Shown here one piece after another: positions 18,007-25,898 of a stretch of 32,000 nucleotides of DNA. The notes under the pieces are model-generated. The model was not told the origin of the DNA and did no database searches. It saw nothing but the letters and a program-made list of their open reading frames with translations. The stretch is from Aciduliprofundum boonei T469 (GTDB taxonomy: Archaea > Thermoplasmatota > Thermoplasmata > Thermoplasmatales > Aciduliprofundaceae): NCBI RefSeq assembly GCF_000025665.1, contig NC_013926.1, positions 630,001 through 662,000 on the forward strand, written 5' to 3'. The position numbers were made by a program, and so were the translations under genes. How positions within the stretch are numbered: the stretch's first letter is position 1; each line of letters opens with the position of its first letter.

Positions 18007-18024
18007 TTTCAAAAAAATTTGAAA
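18007..18024. promoter_or_regulatory. 18-bp perfect palindrome TTTCAAA-AAAA-TTTGAAA in the divergent ArsR/ferredoxin intergenic region
   Basis: It is centred between the ArsR ATG (17964, minus) and the ferredoxin ATG (18057, plus), and adjacent to TATA-like CACTATAAAAAAG on the ArsR strand. Confidence 0.4.
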
Positions 18025-18056
18025 TACTTAAAATGTATGTAGGCATGGTGGTAAAA

Positions 18057-18458
18057 ATGAGCGATAAGAAATTTGATTACTGGTTTGGGGTGCCGAGAAA
18101 AGAGATCAAATGGTACCCTAAAATAGACCCAGCGGCATGCATTGGTTGCGGCCTTTGCGCTGTTATCTGTGGCCGTGGAGTTTACTCCTATGACCTTGTA
18201 TCCAAAAAGCCGATAGTTGCGAAGCCATTCAATTGTTTAGTTGGATGTCAAACATGCGCTAATCTTTGCCCAGTTGGCGCCATAGAATTTCCTCCTGCGG
18301 AGGTTGCAAGAGAGGCAGCTAGGAAAAATAAGATATTTATAAAAGTGAAAAAGATGTTAGAAGAAAAGTTTGCGCAGCAGATGTTGGAAACTGCGAAGCA
18401 ATATCAGGCACAGATGACGAGGCATGAAAAAGAGATTAGAGAAATAGAGAAATCCTAG
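18057..18458 (+). CDS. 4Fe-4S dicluster ferredoxin-domain protein with a Lys/Glu-rich helical tail
   Basis: Contains CIGCGLCAVIC and CLVGCQTCANLCP. The start is set at ATG 18057, preceded by the SD GGTGGT; the track start is 17979. Confidence 0.8.
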   Translation: MSDKKFDYWFGVPRKEIKWYPKIDPAACIGCGLCAVICGRGVYSYDLVSKKPIVAKPFNCLVGCQTCANLCPVGAIEFPPAEVAREAARKNKIFIKVKKMLEEKFAQQMLETAKQYQAQMTRHEKEIREIEKS

Positions 18459-20260
18459 ATTTTCATACCAACCTCAAATCCTTCGCTAACCGCGGAATAG
18501 ATGTTTCGAACGCTCTTGGCATCGCCGATAATGTGCGTTGGCACATCTTCGATGCGGAATGGCACGAATGGCCGAGAACCGAAGGCGGCAATCATGGCAT
18601 CTGCTTCGATGAGCATCTGCTCTCCCTCTTTTTCAACTATTATTTCACCTCGAGCAACATCTACTATTTTGGTGTTGGTTAATATCTTCACTCCCTTCTC
18701 CTGCAATTCTTTCAGAAGATGCTTCTTTGAGAGAGTTTCCATTCCCTGTGCAACCTCGGGCATCATCTCAACTATTATCACTTTATTTTTCTCCGCAAGC
18801 ATATTCGCGGTTTCGCAACCTACTAAACCACCGCCGCCAACAACTATGCTCTTTCCTTCAAATTTAACTTCGCCACGGAGAACATCCTCGTATAAATACA
18901 CGAAATCGCGGAGCGGCGGGCACGGCAGGAACGGCTTGCTCCCGGTGGCCATTATTATTGCATCCGGTTCTAAAGCAACCACATCGTTCTTGAGCGCTTT
19001 TTTATTGTACATCTTCAAATTATCGTATTTTTTCAATTCCTCGCGATAGTACTCGATTAACCACCTTATCTTCTCTTTTCCCGGAGGAAGTGCCGCAAGA
19101 TTCAATGTTCCTCCGAATTCATCGTAGAACAAATGAACTTCATGCCCGCGCATTGCCGAAATCCTAGCTGCTTCCAATCCTCCCGGGCCGCCGCCCACTA
19201 TAACCACTCTCTTCTTTTCCTCCGCATTTTTTATTTCTATCTCTCTCCCAACCTGCGGATTTGCGCCGCATCTTATTCTCGTGTCCTCATCATGCCGTGC
19301 TTTGATGCACTCGCTGCAACCAATGCATTTCCTTATTTCATTCACTCTTCCTTCGCGAACCTTTATTAACCACTCAGGGTCCGCGATTAATGTTCTTCCC
19401 AACACGATCATATCTGCCTTTTCCCTCAGGATTTCCGCCGCAACCTCCGGCTCGCGGATCATTCCCACGGCTGCAACGGGTACCTTTAATGGGCGAATAT
19501 TCTCCGCCAAATATGCTCTCCATCCCTGCTGGAACGGCATTGGCTCCAATCGCAGTTCTTTTGGCCCGAGTCCAATATCGGCTTGAATCATCTGGTAATA
19601 ATTTTGAAGTTCCTCCGCGATTCTCTTTCCCTCATCGAGAGTTATTCCCCCGTCTAAGAAGTCATCCACCGCGAGGCGAATTGTCACAGGGAAATCCCAG
19701 CCACAGCGCTTCGCTATTTCTTTTCTTATTTCGATTGCAAATTTCGTTCGCTCGCCCCATGAATCGTCCCGGGTATTGGTTAAAGGAGAGAGAAATTGAT
19801 TCACCAATAATCCATGGGCACCCTGCACTTCCACCATGTCAAATCCCGCCTTGCAAGCGATTTCCGCGGCGGTGCCGTAATTTTCCACTATTTCCCTTAT
19901 TTTTTCATCGCTCAGGAAATTCACACCCTTCTTTTTCCAGCCCTCGTGCGTGAGCTCGACGGAAATGAGCGAGTCGTATTTTTGCAATCTTCTCGCTATA
20001 TTTTTCCAGTCTTCGTAGAAATCCCAAGAATCTATTCTTGGTTCATAAGCGCCATGCTTCCCCTCGGGATACGACACGCACGAGTTCTCCACTATGAGCA
20101 ATCCGACTTCACCCTTTGCTCGGGTTTCGTAATGCTTGATGAACAACTCACTTAAATGGCCATCCTCTCTACCAAAATTTGTGGATACGGGAGGAAATAT
20201 GACACGGTTTTTGCTCTCTAAACCTCCTATTTTAATTGGTTTAAATATTTCATCGTACAT
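18455..20260 (-). CDS. OYE-like FMN oxidoreductase fused to an FAD/NAD(P)-binding domain (NADH oxidase / 2,4-dienoyl-CoA reductase / 2-enoate reductase family)
   Basis: 601 aa with an N-terminal TIM-barrel OYE region. An Fe-S motif CIGCSECIKARHDEDTRIRCGANP follows, then two dinucleotide folds, VVIVGGGPGGLEAA and IVVGGGGLVGCE. Confidence 0.8.
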   Translation of the reverse strand: MYDEIFKPIKIGGLESKNRVIFPPVSTNFGREDGHLSELFIKHYETRAKGEVGLLIVENSCVSYPEGKHGAYEPRIDSWDFYEDWKNIARRLQKYDSLISVELTHEGWKKKGVNFLSDEKIREIVENYGTAAEIACKAGFDMVEVQGAHGLLVNQFLSPLTNTRDDSWGERTKFAIEIRKEIAKRCGWDFPVTIRLAVDDFLDGGITLDEGKRIAEELQNYYQMIQADIGLGPKELRLEPMPFQQGWRAYLAENIRPLKVPVAAVGMIREPEVAAEILREKADMIVLGRTLIADPEWLIKVREGRVNEIRKCIGCSECIKARHDEDTRIRCGANPQVGREIEIKNAEEKKRVVIVGGGPGGLEAARISAMRGHEVHLFYDEFGGTLNLAALPPGKEKIRWLIEYYREELKKYDNLKMYNKKALKNDVVALEPDAIIMATGSKPFLPCPPLRDFVYLYEDVLRGEVKFEGKSIVVGGGGLVGCETANMLAEKNKVIIVEMMPEVAQGMETLSKKHLLKELQEKGVKILTNTKIVDVARGEIIVEKEGEQMLIEADAMIAAFGSRPFVPFRIEDVPTHIIGDAKSVRNIYSAVSEGFEVGMKI

Positions 20261-20336
20261 GCTTTCGGCATGCCTAAAAAGTATTTCAAATTATCTTTAA
20301 ACATCTCTCTGAAAGTTTTTAAGTTTAAAAAGAAAA

Positions 20337-20729
20337 TTAATGCCCCTCGCATTCTCCCTTTCTCTTCTTTTCTTTTTCGATTTTCTCTTTCCAGTACGGG
20401 TCCACTTCAAGCATATTGTGGATGAACGCATCTATCACGTCCCTTATTCTTCCGCCAGCGCCGGTGACTACATTGATGCCCAATTGCTGGAAAAATTCTG
20501 TCGCTCTGGGTCCCATGCCGTAAGCGATTACAACCTCGCCACCATGCTCTTTTACGAAATTCGGCAGGTCTCCGGGGCCATGCTCCTCGAATGGAACAGG
20601 AACGACTTCTACATTCTTAATCTCTCCGTTTTCAATATCCACGAAGGTGTAGTACGGGGAACGGCCAAAATGACCGCTAACCTTGCTATCCAACCCTTCA
20701 TCGCTTATGCTCGGTATTGCTACTCTCAT
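20337..20729 (-). CDS. NifX/NifB C-terminal domain family protein (dinitrogenase FeMo-cofactor-binding fold, function unknown here)
   Basis: 130 aa: MRVAIPS...VSGHFGRSPYYTFVDIENGEI...VVIAYGMGPRATEFFQQLGINVV. SD GGTGA lies upstream. Confidence 0.7.
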   Translation of the reverse strand: MRVAIPSISDEGLDSKVSGHFGRSPYYTFVDIENGEIKNVEVVPVPFEEHGPGDLPNFVKEHGGEVVIAYGMGPRATEFFQQLGINVVTGAGGRIRDVIDAFIHNMLEVDPYWKEKIEKEKKRKGECEGH

Positions 20730-20757
20730 CTTATCACCTCATTGAGCCATGTATAAC

Positions 20758-20774
20758 TATTTCAAAAATTTTTG
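20758..20774 (-). promoter_or_regulatory. CAAAAATTTTTGAAATA box upstream of the NifX-like/OYE operon
   Basis: The gene-strand reading TACCAAAAATTTTTGAAATAG aligns with the boxes at 18010-18026 and 25882-25898. It ends 28 nt before the ATG at 20729. Confidence 0.3.
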
Positions 20775-20888
20775 GTATTTGTTAGGTGCCTTAGTTTATT
20801 TGTTTACCATGTTTTTCAGTTCTATATGCTTATATTGGGGTTATTAATAAAGTAAAAATTTTTGTATTTCTAAGTTTTAGCGACTTTT

Positions 20889-22430
20889 ATGAAGAATAAG
20901 ATAGTCCCGTTCATAGTTTTATTCTTAATGTTGGGTATGATAGGTGTAGGGATTAATTCTGGATCTGTGCAAGGAGTAAATGGGGATGAAGGTTTTCATT
21001 TTAGCGTTTATAAGTTTCACTACAAAGTACGGATAAATAACGACAAGGGTCTGAAAAAATTTGTTGAGAAAAACAGTTTCTCTGGAAATGGAACTGAAGA
21101 ATCGCCCTATGTTATTTCCATTAATATTTCAAATTCACCATCAGGGATCTACATAGGTAATACCTCATCCTATTTTATTTTGAAAAACTCAAAGTTCTCT
21201 CATTTCAGAAAAGATTGGTATGGGGAGATGGGAATAGTACTGAATAATGTGAAAAATGCAGAGATTCAAAACATAAGTTTTTGTAATTATAACAAAGATG
21301 TTCTACTCACCCTCATTTACATCATCAACTCGTCAAATATTAAAATTTCACACATATATTTCTATGATTCATACCTCAACGGTGCAGAGCTTTGGATATA
21401 CCATAGTTCGCACATCTCCGCGTGGGATCTCACGGGCATGAACATGAAATTTGATTTCTGGACCTCATATTCTGATAATATTTCTATTTCGGATTCTTAT
21501 TTTAACTCTCATGTTGGGCTCGTTGGATATTCTGAAAATATTACCATTAAACAAATTCGTTTTTTGGGAAGTGGATTAAATGTCATTGGATCTTACAATG
21601 TATGGGTAGAAAATAACACATTTAGTGGGAGAGCCTCAGGAGTTTCGAATATTGGAAGTTATTACATTTTGGTAAAGAATAATAGATTCTTTTACAACAG
21701 AGATGGTATTTACGTAGAGGGTTTAAATTTCCCTGTGCATAACAACGAGATAACTGGAAACCTGTTTGCATACTCTGAGGATTATGGGATAGAATTATCA
21801 GGTGATGGCTCAAATTATATATGGGGCAACATATTTTTAAATTCCACAGCAAAAGATGGGGGATACACTCCCGGTGGCTTTTATTGGAACTATACATACG
21901 CTCCGTACTCTTTCTGGAACTCCTCCTCTATTGGTAATTACTGGGATAACTGGGCAAATAAAAATAATACGAATGATAAAAATCACGATGGAATTGTAGA
22001 TTATCCATACAAGATACCTGGGCATGCGCATGCCGTTGATTATTACCCACTCAAGAAAATACCGTTCAATTACTCACTGCCACCATCTTCACCCCGTAAC
22101 CTAACGATTAAGGATATAAACGGACATTTCAAACTCTCCTGGAAGGTTCCTAGCTACAGAGGAGATGGAATATTAGAATACAGGATATATCGCGATGGTA
22201 AGCTTATAGCCAATGTTGGAAGCAATTTAACGACCTACACGGATAATATCTCTGATGGAAAAGAGCATGTATACTGGGTTTCTGCTGTCGGTCCCGGAGG
22301 GGAGAGTGCAATGAGCAACGAAGTGAGGGTATTATCGATGCATCTGAATTATGCTTATGTTGTGATTCCAATAGGAATAGTTTCAATATTTATTGTTGGA
22401 GTATTTATCTGGAAAAAGAAAGTAGTTTAA
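20889..22430 (+). CDS. Secreted, C-terminally membrane-anchored right-handed beta-helix (PbH1/NosD-like) protein with an Fn3-like domain
   Basis: Has an N-terminal signal-like segment and repeated beta-helix-type segments rich in N/S/G/I. An Fn3-like stretch (PSSPRNLTI...YRIYRDG...YWVSAV) follows. The C-terminus is a TM helix plus KKKVV. I counted about 16 N-x-S/T sequons. Confidence 0.65.
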   Translation: MKNKIVPFIVLFLMLGMIGVGINSGSVQGVNGDEGFHFSVYKFHYKVRINNDKGLKKFVEKNSFSGNGTEESPYVISINISNSPSGIYIGNTSSYFILKNSKFSHFRKDWYGEMGIVLNNVKNAEIQNISFCNYNKDVLLTLIYIINSSNIKISHIYFYDSYLNGAELWIYHSSHISAWDLTGMNMKFDFWTSYSDNISISDSYFNSHVGLVGYSENITIKQIRFLGSGLNVIGSYNVWVENNTFSGRASGVSNIGSYYILVKNNRFFYNRDGIYVEGLNFPVHNNEITGNLFAYSEDYGIELSGDGSNYIWGNIFLNSTAKDGGYTPGGFYWNYTYAPYSFWNSSSIGNYWDNWANKNNTNDKNHDGIVDYPYKIPGHAHAVDYYPLKKIPFNYSLPPSSPRNLTIKDINGHFKLSWKVPSYRGDGILEYRIYRDGKLIANVGSNLTTYTDNISDGKEHVYWVSAVGPGGESAMSNEVRVLSMHLNYAYVVIPIGIVSIFIVGVFIWKKKVV

Positions 22431-22446
22431 TAATGGTTAATAAAAC

Positions 22447-23826
22447 TCATACTTTCATTGTTTGTCTTGCCACTCTTATTGCGTTAGGTATAGCTCTTCT
22501 GAAGATAAAACCCCCTTGCATTATTAAATCTTTGAGCAAGTAAATAGGTCTCACATAGAAAGAGACATAAGCCCACTGCAAGAATTTTGTAATTTCTTGA
22601 GTAGTGAAGTGCATTAGTTTCATAACTGGGTCTAGAGTGGTATACTTTCTCCAGTTAAATGTTAAAATCAAATTCCTTGCCATAGCATAGTTCCATAATC
22701 TTGTTCCCGGATAAGGAGTTGCTACTGTGAACTGTGCATAATCCACTCCAACTTTCTTTGAGAATTTTATTGTTTTCTTTATATCCTCTTTTGTCTCTTC
22801 GGGAAACCCTATTATGAACGCCCCCAACGCATGCAATTTATGAGCTCTTGCCTTCTTTACTGCTGCTAGAGATTGTTCGGGGGTTATTCTCTTGCCTATG
22901 AAATCTAATGTTTTTTGTGAACCTGATTCTATTCCAAAGTAAACAGTGTGGCATCCCCCATATTTTAATGCATCCGCGACTTCATTCGTGAAAATATCTA
23001 CGCGGGAAGAAGCGGTCCAGGAAATATCTAATCCTTCTTTTCTTATCATCTTGGAGATTCTTATTGCCCTTGGCCTGTTCAATGTGAATGTATCATCCAA
23101 GAATTCTATTTCCTTGCGGCCATATTCTTCCCGGAGTATTTTAAGCTCCTCAATCACCCTAGAATCGCTGTGCCCACGCCATCTTTTTCCAAATTGCAGG
23201 GAAGAGGAGCAAAATGCACAGTTAAATGGGCAACCGCGGGATGTCATAATAGTTCCAAATTTTACACCATCCGCTTGGTATCTATCCATTGGAAGTAAAT
23301 CGTAAGATGGAATTGGAATAGAATCAACATCTTTGATAAGCGGTCTTGCTAGATTATTCTTCACTTTATCTCCCATATTTATGCTTAATCCTAAAATATT
23401 AGAAGGATCCCTGTTTTTATCTAAGGTATCTACTAGTTCTTTGAATGTTAGCTCTCCTTCCCCGCGCACAATGTAATCTATGCAGGGGCACTCTTTGAAT
23501 GTCCTCTCAGGAGTGAATGTAACATGGGGCCCTCCCATAACAATTTTCACATTCTCGTTGAGCTTTTTTGCCGTCTTTGAAATAATGTAAGCATCTGGCA
23601 TCATTGAAGTTGTGGATGTTATACCTATTAAATCTGGATTGTAGCTTTTTATTATTCTTTTCACATCATCATAATTTAAATCTTCTGCCAAAGAATCCAC
23701 TATTTTCACATCATGCTCATCGCGAACCATTGAGGCTAAGTAAGCTAAACCCAGAGGTGGCCCTGTTGTACCCACTATTGCCTTTATGGCGCTTATTGTA
23801 GGAGGAGATATCAACAGGATTCTCAT
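22447..23826 (-). CDS. B12-binding-domain radical SAM protein
   Basis: The N-terminus MRILLISPP... is typical of the B12-binding domain of class B radical SAM enzymes. The radical SAM motif is CPFNCAFC. The track ORF starts at a GTG (23835) forming a GTGA overlap with the upstream stop; the ATG at 23826 has SD-like GTGAT. Confidence 0.8.
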   Translation of the reverse strand: MRILLISPPTISAIKAIVGTTGPPLGLAYLASMVRDEHDVKIVDSLAEDLNYDDVKRIIKSYNPDLIGITSTTSMMPDAYIISKTAKKLNENVKIVMGGPHVTFTPERTFKECPCIDYIVRGEGELTFKELVDTLDKNRDPSNILGLSINMGDKVKNNLARPLIKDVDSIPIPSYDLLPMDRYQADGVKFGTIMTSRGCPFNCAFCSSSLQFGKRWRGHSDSRVIEELKILREEYGRKEIEFLDDTFTLNRPRAIRISKMIRKEGLDISWTASSRVDIFTNEVADALKYGGCHTVYFGIESGSQKTLDFIGKRITPEQSLAAVKKARAHKLHALGAFIIGFPEETKEDIKKTIKFSKKVGVDYAQFTVATPYPGTRLWNYAMARNLILTFNWRKYTTLDPVMKLMHFTTQEITKFLQWAYVSFYVRPIYLLKDLIMQGGFIFRRAIPNAIRVARQTMKV

Positions 23827-23831
23827 GCTTA

Positions 23832-25322
23832 TCACTTGCTTAGTATCATATGAGGTGCTTTCATTTCCTCTTGTAAATGATGAATATTATTTGTCTTCAA
23901 TTTCTCCCATTCATCTTTCATCAATATGCACCCAGGATCAGGTGCCTTTATGTATCCATAATATGCATAGGCCCTGGCTCTGCATCCACCACATACATAT
24001 CTAAATGGACAGGAAGAGCATGCGTAATCTGCAGCATCTCTATCTCTAAGAGCATTGAGAACTTCACTGTTCTTCCATACATTCACAAAACCATCCTTTA
24101 TGACATTTCCAACCTTTATGGGGAGGAATACGCAGGGCTGAATATCTCCATTGTGTTCAATAGAGCAGTAAATACGTCCAGCACCACAACCTCCTATAAA
24201 TTCAGTGAGGGCCTTAGCAGCACCACCGAATCCTGTGGGTATTTCCATCTCAGCAAAGTGCGTTGGTGACACTTTATCTCCAGTACCCTCATCCATAGCT
24301 GTTATGGAAATTCTTGAATATGCTGGGCATGTAGAAAATATATCTAAACCTCCTGTCTGCCATTCTTTATACAGGTAATTCATCAACTCTTCTCTCTCCT
24401 CAGGAGTTAAATCCTCGTTCATTATATCCTTACCTCTGCCAGTGGGGATGAAATTGAAAACTATAAATCTGTCAACTTTTAGTTCTCTCGCCAGTTTCAT
24501 TATTTCGGGTATGGAGTCTAAGTTCTCGTGGGTGGCTGTTGTTGCAATGCCCACTTGTAATCCTACTGCTTTTGCATTCTTTATACCTCTAATTGTTGCA
24601 TTGAAAGCACCTTTCACACCACGGAACTCATCATGTATCTCTGCATTGGGGCCATCTAAGCTTATTTCTACATACCCTATCCCCACTTCTTTCAATTTAC
24701 GAGCCATTTTTTCAGAGATAAGCGTGCCATTTGTAGCCACAGTTAGATAGAATCCCTTTGACTTTGCATACCTTGCCACTTTTAGAAAATCTTTATTTGT
24801 AAGCGGCTCTCCTCCAGAGAATGATATTGCAGCCACACCTGCCTCATCCAGCTGATCTACAACCTGATATTTTTGCTCAAGAGTGAGTTCATCCCGTGCT
24901 GGATATGGAGTTGCATTTGCATAGCAGTGTTTGCATTTTAAGTTGCATTGCTTGGTAAAGTTCCAAACAACCATAAACGGGGCGATTAATCTTTGAGGTC
25001 TTGTAATTCCGTACTCGGCAATACTTCTTATTATAACGGCAAACGCTTTGCGCATGTAGGAATCTTTTAAAAAATTCTTAATTACCTCCGGACTGCCACC
25101 AAACTTTTCAGCACCCTTTTCAAGGGCCTCACCCACAATCTTTGCGTGAAGTCTTTCTTTCAAACCCTTTGGTTTTTCAACCTCTGCATATATAGCAAAT
25201 GACTTCTCAAGTTTCTTAACTTCTGTCATTTCCTTCATTATGAACCTTGTAAATTTGTGGTCCATTACTTTGTTCAGATAGTCTATTATTTCACCCTCAC
25301 TCAAATTCTCCTTTTTTTCCAT
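23832..25322 (-). CDS. Radical SAM / SPASM-domain protein with a ~110-aa N-terminal extension
   Basis: The radical SAM motif CNLKCKHC lies near residue 126. The C-terminal SPASM pattern reads GGCGAGRIYCSIEHNGDIQPC ... CSSCPFRYVCGGC ... PGC. 496 aa. Confidence 0.8.
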   Translation of the reverse strand: MEKKENLSEGEIIDYLNKVMDHKFTRFIMKEMTEVKKLEKSFAIYAEVEKPKGLKERLHAKIVGEALEKGAEKFGGSPEVIKNFLKDSYMRKAFAVIIRSIAEYGITRPQRLIAPFMVVWNFTKQCNLKCKHCYANATPYPARDELTLEQKYQVVDQLDEAGVAAISFSGGEPLTNKDFLKVARYAKSKGFYLTVATNGTLISEKMARKLKEVGIGYVEISLDGPNAEIHDEFRGVKGAFNATIRGIKNAKAVGLQVGIATTATHENLDSIPEIMKLARELKVDRFIVFNFIPTGRGKDIMNEDLTPEEREELMNYLYKEWQTGGLDIFSTCPAYSRISITAMDEGTGDKVSPTHFAEMEIPTGFGGAAKALTEFIGGCGAGRIYCSIEHNGDIQPCVFLPIKVGNVIKDGFVNVWKNSEVLNALRDRDAADYACSSCPFRYVCGGCRARAYAYYGYIKAPDPGCILMKDEWEKLKTNNIHHLQEEMKAPHMILSK

Positions 25323-25324
25323 TT

Positions 25325-25738
25325 TTATCTCACCTCTTTTTCCAATTTTCCTAAATACTCTATGCCCTCCTCCAGATGTCTCAAAAGCTCGGCATATTCC
25401 TCATCTTTTCCTTCTAATGCCATCTTTGCCTCTGTCAAAAAGTTCTTCACTTTCAACCTCTCGTTCTTTATTATTCTGATAAAATCTATCACAGCAGAAT
25501 AGGTGTAGCATTTTACACCCTTCTTCCTCTCAATCATCTCATGTCTCCTTAGCTGATTTAAGGCATTTACCACGGAACTATAGGCATATCCGATTTCATT
25601 TGCGATTTCCTTAGCAGTCATGGGTTTTTGTTTCATCACCAATAGTGCGTATATTGCAGCTTCTAACTCTCCAAAGCCCCAGTGAATCATAACACGCCTC
25701 AGAGATTCATAAGTTTTATGTTCTTTCAAATCTCTCAT
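25325..25738 (-). CDS. Winged-helix transcriptional regulator (TrmB/MarR-like)
   Basis: The wHTH reads EAAIYALLVMKQKPMTAKEIANEIGYAYSSVVNALNQLRRHEMIERKK, followed by a C-terminal coiled coil. Its stop lies 2 nt before the radical SAM/SPASM start. Start is ambiguous between 25756 and 25738; a TATA-like TTTTAAATATA immediately upstream of 25756 favours a leaderless start near 25738. Confidence 0.65.
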   Translation of the reverse strand: MRDLKEHKTYESLRRVMIHWGFGELEAAIYALLVMKQKPMTAKEIANEIGYAYSSVVNALNQLRRHEMIERKKGVKCYTYSAVIDFIRIIKNERLKVKNFLTEAKMALEGKDEEYAELLRHLEEGIEYLGKLEKEVR

Positions 25739-25881
25739 ATTTATGATAAATATCATAATTATATTTAAAATTTTCTTGTAAAATTACTATTGCCTTGTGA
25801 ATTTTTGCAAAGAAAACCTTAAAAATAAAGGAAAATAAACAAAAATGTCCAACAAACTATTAATATGGGTTTTTCATGCTT

Positions 25882-25898
25882 CAAAAAAAATTGAAATA
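25882..25898 (+). promoter_or_regulatory. CAAAAAAAATTGAAATA box (contains palindrome TTCAA-N6-TTGAA, 25880-25895) upstream of usp
   Basis: It lies 11 nt upstream of the usp ATG (25910), between a TATA-like CTATTAATAT and the SD GGTGG. Confidence 0.35.

Noticed and set aside
20749-20847. A 32-codon hydrophobic small ORF (MYNYFKNFWYLLGALVYLFTMFFSSICLYWGY) in the NifX-like/beta-helix intergenic region, considered as a possible small membrane peptide or RiPP precursor.
   Set aside because: It has no SD-like sequence upstream. Its Phe/Tyr/Leu-rich composition is what AT-rich promoter DNA yields by chance, and it overlaps the putative divergent promoter and box. It cannot be supported without conservation or ribosome-profiling data.
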